Origin: Camelus dromedarius
Taxonomy: Eukaryota
Reading direction: 5' to 3'
Assembly (NCBI RefSeq): GCF_036321535.1
Contig: NC_087437.1
Coordinates: forward strand, 2,604,001 to 2,668,000
DNA: 64,000 bases
The stretch's first letter is position 1. Each line of letters begins with the position of its first letter. The notes beneath the pieces are model-generated. The model did no database searches. It was given only the letters and a program-made list of their open reading frames with translations, and had not been told where the DNA came from. This document shows positions 14,130 through 26,365 of the stretch, piece after piece. The translations under genes were made by a program, and so were the position numbers.

Positions 14130-14330
14130 ACCGCGGGGTCTGGACTGCAGTGCTCTGGGCTCCATTTCTAACCTCACGCCTCTCTAGCACATCTTGGGAA
14201 AATGACTCGGTTTCTCTAAGCCTTAAGTACCTGAACTGTGAGACACTTTATTAGGGTGATTGCACATGGGATAATCCAATACCGTGCTCAGCACAGGGCC
14301 TGAGACAGCCTGAGTGAGTGGCAGTAATTG
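14130..14330 (+). mobile_element. MIR SINE fragment
   Basis: Diverged MIR core (tcttgggaaaatgactcggtttctctaagccttaagtacctgaactgtg...gtgctcagcacagggcctg). Confidence 0.6.
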
Positions 14331-14888
14331 CTGCTACTAATACTAATGAAACTTGTCATTTTAAGGAATCTGTAAACAAGCAAATGAATCATCTGCACCC
14401 ACTTGGAAATAAAGGATTCTCCCCTACATTATTCATTGAGTAAATGAAGGCTAGGAGTGAGGGAGGACTCTGTGGTCCCAGTCTGCTCCCCACCCTCACT
14501 CTAGACCTGCTCACCCATCTTCCCACCTAGATGAACAACAGTGCTGGTCTCCCCAGCAGGGGCCAGAGTCTCATAGGCATCTTCCCATTTTATCCCACCT
14601 CCACCTCCACTGCTGCCACATTTTATTCAGATTTTATTCACAAAGCCTCCTAACTTGCTTCCCACATCCCCTGCTTTGGTCTATTTCCAGAAAAGTAACC
14701 AGAGGAAACACAGAAGTCAGACACAGTTCACTGTCAGGAGTCCTTACAGGGACCAAAAGTCCTGTTAAAGCTCCGGCATTTCCCTCTCCTGCTCTGCTGT
14801 TCCCACCCACCGTCCCCACTGTCCTCTTCCCCCTCATCCCATGCCTGATGCATACCGACCTTTTGATTTCCTCAAAACCTCCCGGCTG

Positions 14889-15114
14889 ACAGGCTGGGAT
14901 TTCAAACTGTAGAATAGACAAACAAGATTATACTGTATGGCACAGGGAAATATATACAAGATCTTGTGGTAGCTCACAGCAAAAAAAAAAATGTGACAAT
15001 GAATATATGTATGTTCATGTATAACTGAAAAATTGTGCTCTACACTGGAATTTGACACAACATTGTAAAATGACTATTAATCAATTTAAAAATGTTTAAA
15101 AAAAAAAAAAAAAA
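14889..15114 (+). mobile_element. Very short 5'-truncated young L1 (3' end) with poly-A
   Basis: TSD aaaacctcc(c/a)ggctg at 14874-14888 and 15115-15129. Shared motif cacagggaaatatatacaagatcttgtggtagctcacag. About A20 tail. Confidence 0.9.
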
Positions 15115-15429
15115 AAAACCTCCAGGCTGCCAAGTTGGTGCCTTCAGCACTGTGACTTCTTCCGCCTGAAAGGCCCACTCTCCATCTGTACCCACCTCCT
15201 CATGTACACATGGCTGCTCCTCCATCACCTGCCCCCTCCGTGTGCACATGGCTGCCCCTGTCACTTATCCTCAGCAATATACTACATACTCTGGTTTTAC
15301 CTTTCTGATTGTCTCTCTTAGCTGCAAGTACCATAGGACTTGAGATTTTCTATTTTTGTCATTGTTGTGTACTGAAGGCCATAACAGTGCTGGGAAATTG
15401 TTAGAATTCAATGTTTGTTTAATACACAA

Positions 15430-16630
15430 GTAAATGAAGTCTCAGTGAAAAATTAATAGAAAACCATGCAATGTAAGTAAGCTGATATTTAGGCAAATTC
15501 ATAGCTGCCTTTCTTAAAAATTTAAAATAAGAAAATGAACTGACTTCTTAAAAGAGGTTAAAAAATCAATAAAATAAACTCACTGAAAGTGATGAGAAAT
15601 AAATAGTAAAAGTATAAACTATTACGTAAAACAGAAAAATTGATTTGCAAAGCTAAAAGTTAGTGCTTGGTAAAAAGCAATAAAAGTACATAATATTGCC
15701 AGTTAACCCCAATAAATCTAGTTAATAAAGCAGAATAAAGATAAAATAAAATCATAAGTTAAAACATTACATATCTAATAACGATTAAGAATTACACTAC
15801 ATATTCCTGAAATGGAAAATCTTGGTAAGATAGGAAAGTATACATTATCAAAGATGCATTAGAGTATTTTTTTAACATTTTTTATTGATTTATAATTATT
15901 TTACAATGTTGTGTCAAATTCCAGTGTTCAGCACAATTTTTCAGTCATTCATGGACATATACATACTCATTGTCACATTTTTTTCTCTGTGAGTTATCAT
16001 AACATTTTGTGTATATTTCCCTGTGCTATACAGTGTAATCTTGTTTATCTATTCTACAATTTTGAAATCCCAGTCTATCCCTTCCCACCCTCCACCCCCC
16101 TGGTAACCACAAGTCTGTCTTCTCTGTCTGTGAGTCTATTTCTGTCTGTATTTACGCTTTGTTTTTGTTTGTTTGTTTTTGTTTTTTAGATTCCACTTAT
16201 GAGCAATCTCATATGGTATTTTTCTTTCTCTTTCTGGCTTACTTCACTTAGAATGACATTCTCCAGGTCCATTCATGTTGCTGCAAATGGCATTATGTTG
16301 TCACATTAGAGTATTAAAATTTTCAGTGGTCCAAAAAGCAAGCAAGAGTTTGAAGAAGTTTTCAAAGAATTAGCTTTCAGAATGGCTCCAAATTCATATG
16401 GTATTTTTGAAACTTTTAAGAAACAGTTCATTTCAATGCTGCATGAATTACTACAAAGTATAGAAAGTTATGGAAATCTACCTAATTTTTTGTAAAGCTA
16501 CTGTAACTTGGAAACACTAAAATAAAAGTACATTGAATCATGTTTAATGAGCATAAATACAAAAATCCTGGGAAACTGAATTAAACTATGTCAAAGAAGT
16601 AAACACATGACCAAGCATTGATCTTCCTGC
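15430..16630 (+). mobile_element. Ancient, highly diverged L1 ORF2 fragment, interrupted by a younger L1
   Basis: A-rich degenerate ORF2-like sequence (e.g. taatgagcataaatacaaaaatcct...catgaccaag). Confidence 0.6.
15869..16303 (-). mobile_element. Truncated young L1 3' end
   Basis: TSD cattagagtatt at 15857-15868 and 16304-16315. Same 3'UTR family as 14889-15114. Confidence 0.9.
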
Positions 16631-16639
16631 CAGAGCAAG

Positions 16640-19600
16640 CTGTGAACATTGCGCATTGTCTCAGCAAGCAGCGATCGGCAGAGAAACCTGGGAAGAAGGT
16701 GGTGTAGGAAGTACAAAGATTCTTCCCCCTCACCTCGACAAAAATGGCCCTGGCAGAGTCTGTCTGATGTAACTGTTTCAGAACTTGAAGTCTGTTGAAG
16801 ACTTGCAAGGTCCAGGGTAAGGTCTGGAGGGTAGACTGCGGTAAACTTTGGTCAGTGTCAGCTCTTGGCACAGTAACAGCTACTCATGCCTCACCCCAGG
16901 CCACGTGGCAGGCGGCTGTGCACGTGATGCAGAGCACCTTGCAGCAGCCTGGGGGACAAAAAATGGCCAAAAAAACGAAATCAAAAACAAACCCAAAACC
17001 CTGTCCTCCAGACACTGGGGATGTGTGTTCTGATCACTGTCTGCCACTTCTGACTAGAGGCACAGCCACCGTTGTTGTCGCCTCCCCACATTGTTGCAAG
17101 CCTCTCCCCATCCAGCTGAAGTGACCTCCAGGGGATTTAAATGCCCAGTGCCATTCCCCACACCCCTTTATTTTTCACTTTTTCCCCTTTTGGGAGCCAG
17201 ACATTAAAGACTAGAACATTCAAAAACAACTGCATATGTAGGAAAAATTAGTAAGTGACTGCACATCCCCAAGGGAAAGGCTCAGAAAAGACCTGAGAAG
17301 ACCTTTAGGTTATACCTCAGGCTTATCCTCTGCACAGAAATAGCCTACAATAGCCACAAACACCCAAAACAATAAACAAAAACAAAAACCAGCAAACACT
17401 GGGGGAGGGGAAGAATCTGATTTATAGAGTTAATCACATTATTCAATTCAAATGTCCTGTGATCAAAAAAAGATCATAAAGCATAGAAAGAAACAGGAAA
17501 AGATGGCTCATCCAAAGGAAAAGATTAAATAAACACTGTCCCTGTAAAAGATCTACAGCACATCTGCTAGACAGATCTTTAAAACAACTGTCTTAAAGAT
17601 GCTCGAAGAGCTAAAGATGTGGAGAGAGTACAGACAAACAAAAAATCCAACCTATGAACAAAATAGAAATATCAATAAAGAGAAACTTTAAAAATTTATG
17701 AACAAATTCTGGAGGTGAAAAGCACAATAACTGAAGAATTCACTACATGGATTCAAAGGCAGATTTGAGCAGACAGAAGAAAGGATCAGCAAGGCTGAAG
17801 ATAAGACAATGGAACTTACATAGTCTAAAGGAATAGAACGAAAGAAGATTGAAAAAAAGTAAACAGAGCCTCATACATGTGGGACTTCATGAAGCAGACC
17901 AAGAGAGGTAGGCATCATGGCAACCTAAGAAGGAGAAAAGAGGAAAAAAGGAGAAGAGAATATTTTAAGAAATAATTGCTGAAAACTTTGAAACTTTGAT
18001 GGAAGACATAAATATAAATATCCACTCCAAGTAAAAGGAACTTGGAGACCCACACCAGGACACATTATAACCAAATATTCAAAAGCCAAGCACAGAGAGA
18101 AAATCTTGAAAGTAGCAAGGAGAAGCAGGTCATCATGTACAAGGGATCCTCAACATGATTATGAGCAGATTTCTCATCAGAAATTCTGGAGGCCAGAAGT
18201 TAGTGAGACAGTATATTCAAGTAAAAGAAAAAAACAGTCAACCAAGAATCCTATATTTGGCAAACCTGTCCTTCAAAATTGAAGGAGGAGTGAAGAACTT
18301 CCCAGATAAACGAGAGTAAGGGAGTTTGTGACTAGTAGACCTTCCCTGCAAGAAATGCTCAAGGGAGTCCTGCAGGTGAAATGAAAGGACATTAGTAACT
18401 TGAAGAGAAATGGAGAAATGGAGATCTCAATAAAGGTAAACTCCTGGGCCCTTATAAAGCCAGTATTACTGTAGCAATATATTTTATTAAAGTATTGTAC
18501 TTTATTATTTGTTTTCCACATGATTTAAGAGACTAACACATGTAGAAGAATTACTAGTTTATGTTGTAGGGCACACAACATATGAAGATGTAACTTAGTG
18601 ACATCAACTATTGAAAGGAGTGGGGGCAGAACTGTAAAGGAATTGTTTTTGTATGTTATTGATGTTAAGCTGGTATAAATTCAAATTACAGTCAGCCCTC
18701 TGTATCCACAGGTTCTACAAGAAAAAAGAAATTGTAGGCCATAGTCCTTAATCAACACTGATGCAAAAATCCTCAACAAAATACTAGCAAACAGGGTTCA
18801 GCATTTTAAAGGATTATACACAATGACCAAGTGGGTTTTATTCTTGGAATGCAAGGATGATCCAACATATAAAAATTGGTGAAAGTAATACATCCTGTCA
18901 GCAAAATAAAGGGGGGGGGGAACACATGATTATCTCAAATGATGCAGAAAAAGCATTTGACAAAATGCAACACTCTTTCATGACAAAAGCACACAACAAG
19001 CTAGGAGTAGAAAGAAACGACCTCGTCATAATAAAAAGTGTACATGAAAAACTCACAGCTTACATCATATCCGACAGTGAAAGACTGAATGTTTTTTCTC
19101 AAAAATCAAGAACAAGGCAAGGATACCTCCTTTCACCATCTCTTCAACATAGTCTGGAAATTCTAGCCAAAGAAATTAAACAAGAAGAATAAAGACATCA
19201 AAATTAGAAAGGAAGAAGTCAAATTATCTCATTTGCAGATAATATGATCTTATATGTAGAAAAGCATAAGGATTCTATAAAACAAACAAAAATAATAAAT
19301 GAATTCAGCAAAGTAGCAGGACACAAAATTAACACAAGAATCATTTATGTTTCTATACGAACAATGAACAATCTGGGAAGGAAATTACAAAACTATTAAT
19401 AAAAGCATCAAAAAGAATAAAATAATTAGGAATGAATTAACCAAGGAGGTGAAAGACTTGTACAGTGAAAACCACAAAACATTGCTGCAAGAAATCTTAA
19501 AAGACATAAATAAATGGAAACAGATTCTGTGTTCAGGAACTGAAAGTCAGTATCATTAAAATGTCAGAACCATCCAATGTGATCTACACATTTAATGCAA

Positions 19601-21203
19601 ATCCAATTAAAAAACCCAATGACTTTTTTCCATACAGAAAAACCCATCCTAAAATTCATATGGAATCTCAAAGCACCCCAAATACATTTAAAATAATTAC
19701 TAGTTTTTTTAATTACTAGTCAAAACAATCTTAAAAAAGTGGAGGACTCAAACTTCATGATTTCAAAACTTGTTATATAGCTACATTAGTCAAAACAGCC
19801 TGGTGAGGGCACAAAGGCAAATATACAGACCAACAGAATAGACCAGAGAACGCAATAATAAACTCTTGCATATATGATTAAATGTTATTTCAACAGGGGT
19901 ACCAAGACCACTCCATGGGGAAAGGACAGCCTTTTCCATAAAGCATGCTGGGGAAACAATGTCCACATGCAAAAGGATGAAGTTGGACCCTCACCCAACA
20001 CCATATGCAAAAGTTTACTTAAAATGGATCAAGGACCTAAAACAATAAAACTCTTAGGAAAAATCAAGGACAAAGTGTCACAATATTAGATTTGGCAGTG
20101 ATTTCTTAGACAGGATACCAAAGGCATGAGTAACAAAATTTTTAAAATAGGCAAATTGGGCTTCATGAAAATTAAAAATTTTGTGCATCAGAGGACACTA
20201 TGAATAGAGTGAAGAGGGTACTGCCATAGTAGGAGGAAATATTTGCAAATCATGTATTTGTTAAGCAATTCATATCCAGACTAGAGTAATATCCAGACTA
20301 GAGAACTCTTAAAACTCAACAATGGAAAATCAAGCAACGCTATTCAAAAGTGGGCAAAGAATTGAATGCTTATTTCTCCAAAGAAGATATGAATGGCTAC
20401 CAAGTACATGAAAAGATGCTTCACACCACTAATCATTAGGGAAATGCAAATCAAAACTATGAGATACCCACTTCACACACATTAAGATAGCTACTATCAA
20501 AAAGCGGAAAGCAAGTATTGGCAAGGATGGAGAAATTGGAATCTTTTTGCACTGTTGGTAGGAATGTAAAACAGTAGAGCCACTGTGGAAACATTATGGA
20601 AGTGCCTCAAAAAATTAAAAATAGAATTACCATACAATCCAGCAATTCTGCTTCTGGGTACCTACCCAGGAGAATCAAAAGCAGAGTCTTAAAGAGGTAC
20701 TTGTACACTCGTGTTCATAGCAGCATTATTCCCAATTGCTAAAACATGGCCGTAAACAGGTATCCATCAGTGGGTGAATGGATAAGCAAATGTGGTATAT
20801 ACAAAGGAGTATTATTCAGCCTTAAAAAGAAAGGAATTCTGATATCCTACAGCATGAATAAACTTTAAAGACATTGTGCTAATTGAAGTAAGCCAGTCAA
20901 AGACACGAATACTGTATGATTCCATTTATATGTGGTACTTAGAGTAGTCAGAATCATGACAGAAAATACAGTGCTGATTTCCTGGGTCTGGGGGAGGAGA
21001 CTGCAGGGGTTACTTTTTAGTGGATGCAGATTTTCAGTTTTACAAGATGAAGAAAGTTACAGGGATGTATCATGGTGATGGTTGCACAACAAGGTAAATT
21101 TACCTAATTCCACTAAATTGTATACTTAAAAATGGTTAAGATGTTTATTTTTCAATTTTATGTTATATGTATTTTACAACAACAAAAATGTAAAGAAAAA
21201 AAA
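16640..21203 (+). mobile_element. Degenerate near-full-length L1 (L1MB-like): 5'UTR, ORF1, internally deleted ORF2, 3'UTR
   Basis: ORF1-like sequence at ~17560-18400 (agacccacaccaggacacattataacc; gcagatttctcatcagaaa). RT-region remnant HMIISNDAEKAFDKMQHSFM (18857-19192). Further ORF2 to ~20900. L1MB-type 3'UTR and A tail at ~21200. Confidence 0.9.
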
Positions 21204-21439
21204 GGCAACAAGTTTCTCAGTAAATGCTGAAGAGGCTGTTGATAAAATTTAATATACATTCCTTACCACAACTCTTTCAAAACTAGTCAGGTAGTATGAA
21301 CTAGTAATGTAACTAGCAATGTAGGTCATTTTCTTAATATAATAAGACTTAGAGTGTATGTTCTTTGAATGTCTTTGAAGGCAAGGACCAAGTCCTCAGT
21401 GATATACCTTAGTGATGATATATCAATAGTGAACTATTA

Positions 21440-23960
21440 GAAAGAGTAGTTAAAAAAAAAAAACACCTCATTTATGATTGTCTCAAAAAGAATAAACCTA
21501 GGAATAAATTTAACTAAGGAAGTGAAAGACACATATATGACAAACTATAAGACACTGATGAAAGAAATCTAAGAAGACAGAAATAAAGGGAAAGATATTC
21601 CATGTTCACATATTGGAGGAATTAATGTTGTTAAAAACATTATCCAAAGCAATCTACAAATTCAACGCAATCCCTATCAAAATTCCAATGGCATTTTTCA
21701 CACAACTAGAACAAATAATTCTAAAAGATCCTAAATAGCCAAAACAATCTTCAGAAAGAGGAATCACGCTGGAGGTGTCATGGTCTCTGATTACAAACCA
21801 TACTACATACCTATAGTAATCAAAACATTACAGCACTGGCACAGAAACAGACATATAGATCAATGGAGCAGAGTGGAGAGCCCAGAAGTAAACCCACACA
21901 AATATGGACAATTAATTTATGGCAGAGAACATACAGTTGAGAGGATGTTCTCTTCGATAAACGGAGTTAGGGAAACTGGCCAGCCACATGCAAAAGACCA
22001 CTGTTATACACCATACACACTATTTTAACTCAAAATTGACTTGAATGTAAGGCCTGAAACCTGAAAGCTGGAAGAAATCATGTGTGGTAACCTCACTGAC
22101 ATCTGTCTAATGTTTTTGTGGCTCTGACTTCAAATGCAAGAGAAACAAAAGCAAAAATCAACAAATGGGACAACATCAAACTAAAAAGCTTCTGCACAGT
22201 GAAAGAAACTATCATCAAAACAAGGAGGCAGCCTACTGAACAGAAGGTATTTGTAAATTCTGTATCCAATAAGGGGTTAATATTTAAAATACACAAAAAA
22301 CTCATAACTCAGCAACAAAAAGCAACCTGATTAAAAGTGGGCAGAGCAAACAACCCAATCAAAAAATGGGTGGAAGTTCCATAAACAATAAATACTGGAG
22401 AGATTGTGAAGAAAAGGGAACCCTCCTACAGGTTGGTGGGAATGTAGTTTGGTGCAGCCACTGTGGAGGACAGTATGGAGGTTTCTTAACCAAAAATAGA
22501 CCTACCATATGATCCAGCAATCCCACTCCTGCGCATATATTTGTAGAAAACTCTAATTCAGAACAGACACATGCACCCCAGTGTTCATAGCAGCACTCTA
22601 CAATAGCTAAGACATGGAAACAGCCTGAATGTCCATTGGCAGGTGACTGGATAAAGAAGTTGTGGTAAATATATATGATGGAATACTACTCAGCCATAAA
22701 AAGAATGAAATAATGGCATTTTCAGCAACATGAATGGACCTAGAGATTATCATAGTAAGTGAAGTTAGTTGGAAAGGAAGAAAAATACCATGTGAGATCA
22801 CTCATGGAATCTAAAAAAAAGACACAAAGGAACTTATTTACAAAACAGAAACAGACTCACAGATGTAGAAAACAAACATGGTTACTGAAGGGAAAGGGGG
22901 GTGGGAAGGGATAAACTGAGAGTTCAGTTTTTGCAGACACAAACTACCGTATATAAAATAGATACACAACAAGATCCTCCTGTAGAGCACAGGGAACTAT
23001 AGTCAGTATCTTGTAATAGCCTATATTGAAAAAATATGAAAAGGGATATATACATATGTATAACTGAATCGCTCTGATGTACACCAGAAACTAACACAAC
23101 TATAATTGTAAATTGACTATAATTCAATTAAAAAAAAAGATTTCCTGGACTATTACTTTAAAAAAAAATAAAGTAGGCAGAGGATCTCAGTAGACATTTT
23201 TCCAAAGAAGATATACAGATGGCCAGCAGGCACATGAAAAGATGTTAACCGTCACTAATTATCACTAATTATTAGGGAAATGCAAATGAAAACTACAGTG
23301 AGATATCACCTTACACCTGTTATTAACACTGGCTATTATTGAAAATACAAGAAATAACAAATGTTGGTGAGGATGTGTGGGAAAGGGAACCCTCCTGCAC
23401 TGTTGATGGGAATGTAAATTGGTGCAGCCACTGTGGAAAACAGTGTGGAGATTTCTCAAAAATTGATAATAGAACTATCATATGTCTGAGCTGCTCCACT
23501 TCTCAGTTTTTAATCTAAAGAACATGAAAGCCCTAAATCCAAAAGGTATCTGCACCCTTATGTTCATTGCAACACTATTTACAATAGCCATAGCATGGGA
23601 ACAACCTAAGTGCCCATCAGTGGATGAATGAATAAAGACATGGTGTATGTACACGGTGGGATACTACTCAGCTGTAAAAAAGAATGCAGTCCTGCCATTT
23701 GCGACAACATAGGAAGACCTTGAAGGTATTATTGCTAATTTAAATAAGTCAGACAGAGAAAGACAAATACTGTACGATCACACTCATGTAAAATCTAACA
23801 AAACAAATGAATAAACAAATAAAACAAAAACAAACTCATAGATGCAGAGAGCAGATTAATGGTTACCAGAGGGGAAGCGGTGTGGGCAAAACAGGTGAGG
23901 GTGTCAGCTACGCGGTGATGGATGGAAGCTAGGCCTGGGGCGAGCACTCTGGGGTGTGTA
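21440..23960 (+). mobile_element. L1 ORF2 3' half + 3'UTR, host of a nested insertion
   Basis: ORF2 remnants ([54 protein letters not shown]). The element resumes at 23183 after the nested insert. Confidence 0.9.
22347..23169 (+). mobile_element. Younger truncated L1 nested in the older L1
   Basis: TSD aaagt(g/a)ggcagag at 22334-22346 and 23170-23182. Contains ORF2 C-terminus, 3'UTR and poly-A. Confidence 0.85.
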
Positions 23961-25174
23961 ACATGTATCAAGCTGTGAGAGTGCTGTGTTGCTTGAACCT
24001 AAAATGTCCATCAGCTAATCTCAGGTTTAAGTCATTTGTTTATAACCTAATAAACATTCTCTGGGTTTGTTTTAATTTTTTTAAAAAAGCACAGTATATC
24101 AGTAGATGCTGAAAAGGCTGTTGATAAAATTCAACATACATCTCTTATCAAAATGCAAAAGAAGTAATGTGCTGTAAACTGTACTATATCTAGCAATGTA
24201 AAGCTTTTTCTTAATACAATAAAAACTTAGAGCGTGTGTTTCTGGTCCTTGGACCAAGTACTCAATGATAATGCTGCATCCGACATTACCAGCTATGCCT
24301 TTTGAATAGAAATACTCGGTAATTGTCAAATGAACTAACTTTGTACCCTAGACCTGCTGCCAACAACATATTTAGTGCAACGGTAAAAGTATTGCAGTTA
24401 AAATTAATATATTTATTATCAATATTTAACACCATCCTAGAAATCCTGGCTAAAGTATTAACAGGGAAATATTTAATCATTAGGAAACAAAAAAAAACTA
24501 TCTCTATTTGTAAAAAACATATTGCTATATCTCTACAAAAGATCCTGGAAGATGAACTGAAAAATAGCTTTAGTTACTGAGACAATTTAGCAAAATGAGT
24601 AGATACAACATAAAACCACATCAAACCAGAAGGCTTAGAGGAAAGAAGGGGCCAAGTGATGAAGGGGAGAAGCTTGTCTATTGATCACAAAAATGTTCTC
24701 CTCTGCAAGAATTAGTTCAGGTGTTTTGGCTGCAGGTAACACACAGCCCGATTGAGCCAGCCTGAAATTATTTTAAAGAGTTATTTCTTGTGACAAAAAG
24801 TCACAGGGATGGAGGCACCTGGTTTTACCTCTTTGCTGAGCAGCATGCAGGAGCTCAGATCCCCTCCACCTGTCCACACTGCCACCTCCATGTGTCCTCG
24901 GCTGCAGGACAGACCCCCCAGGGCTTACAGATCCAACAGCATCCAGAGGAAGAGTCCCCTTGAAAATTACGTAACATTTTTGGCCTTCAGCTTTTGAAAC
25001 TGAAAATTGAGAATAAATAATATACGTCTCATACTGTTAGTGTAGGGCTTAACTGCTGGTTTTCTCCCTTACGTGGTACACTGTGGCACTGCTTCAGAGT
25101 TAGGCCATCTGAATGCTCTCCCCAAAACCAAGTCAGTTCTTATCTTGGAGTTTCATTTTCTCTCATTCATTTTT

Positions 25175-26072
25175 TTTTAAATTGTATTGGTGTATAGTAG
25201 ATTTACAATGTTGTGTTAGTTTTGGTGTCCAGCTAAGTGATTCAGTTTTTTATATGTATATATGTATATGTATGTGTATATATATATATTCTTTTTCATT
25301 ATGGTTTATTGCAGGATATTGAATATATTTCCCTGTGCTATACAGTAGGTCCTTGTTTATTTATTTTACATATAGTAGTTTGTATCTGCTAGTCCCAAAC
25401 TCCTAATTTACCCCTCATCACCCCCTTTTCATTTTGGTAACTATATGTTTGTTTTCTATGTCTGTGACTCTGTTTCTGTTTTGTAAATAAATTCATTTGT
25501 ATCATATTTTAGATTCCACATATGGTATTTTTCTTCCTCTTTCTGGCTTACTTCACTTAGAATGATGATCTCCAGGACCATCCATGTTGCTGCAAATGGC
25601 ATCATTTTATTCTTTTTTATGGCTGAGTAGTATTCCATTGTATAAATACACCACAACTTCTTTATCCAGTCCTCTGTTGAAGGACAGTCAGGTTGTTTCC
25701 ATCCACGTCTTAGCTGTTGTAAATTGGGCTGCTATGAACATTGAAGTGCATGTATCTTTTCAAATTAGAGTTTTCTCCAAATATATGCCCAGGAGTGGGA
25801 TTGCTGGATCATATGGTAAGTATATTTCTGGTTTCTTAAGGAACCTCCGTGCTGTTTCCATAGTGGCTGCACTAATTTACATTTCTACTGACAGTGTAAG
25901 AGGCTCCCTTTTCTCCACACCCTGTCCAGCATTTATTATTTGTAGACTTTTGATGATCATTCTGACCAATGTGAGGTGATACCTCATTGTTGTTTTGATT
26001 TGAATTTTTTCTAGTAATTAGCGATGTTGAGCATCTTTTCCTGTGCATGTGGGCCATCTGGATGTCTTCCGT
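25175..26072 (-). mobile_element. Truncated young L1 (ORF2 C-terminus + 3'UTR)
   Basis: Minus ORF MWCIYTMEYYSAIKKNKMMPFAATWMVLEIIILSEVSQKE (25456-25656). Probable TSD ca(t/c)tcattttt at 25164 and 26073. Confidence 0.92.
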
Positions 26073-26236
26073 CACTCATTTTTTAATCTCCATTTCAGTT
26101 TGTAAATCATTCTCTTTGGCAGAAGATAAGAAATGAGGTCTTTCTCTTGGCCATTTATTATATTTCTGAATCTTCTTTACTCCCCACGTGTACATTTTTA
26201 AAAAACTTTTTTATGTTTTGAACAGTGTCACTTATT

Positions 26237-26365
26237 TACTTAGGCTTTTGGGGGGGTAATTAGGTTAATTGATTTATTTATCCTTAGAGGACGCGCTGGG
26301 AATTGATCCCAGGACCTCATGCACGCTAGGCATGTGCTCTGCCACTTGAGCTGTACCATCCCCCT
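26237..26365 (-). mobile_element. tRNA-derived SINE (Vic-1-like, camelid type)
   Basis: Minus strand reads ggggatggtacagctcaagtggcagagcacatgcctagcgtgcatgaggtcctgggatcaattccc (A/B boxes), followed by an aataaatcaattaacctaattacc tail. Confidence 0.8.

Noticed and set aside
16640..21203. Active L1
   Set aside because: Both ORFs are broken by many stops and frameshifts, and the endonuclease region is deleted.
26300..26365. tRNA gene (also at ~42270-42330 and ~62400-62470)
   Set aside because: A/B boxes are followed by a shared AT-rich tail, and two copies have clear TSDs. These are SINE heads, not tRNAs.
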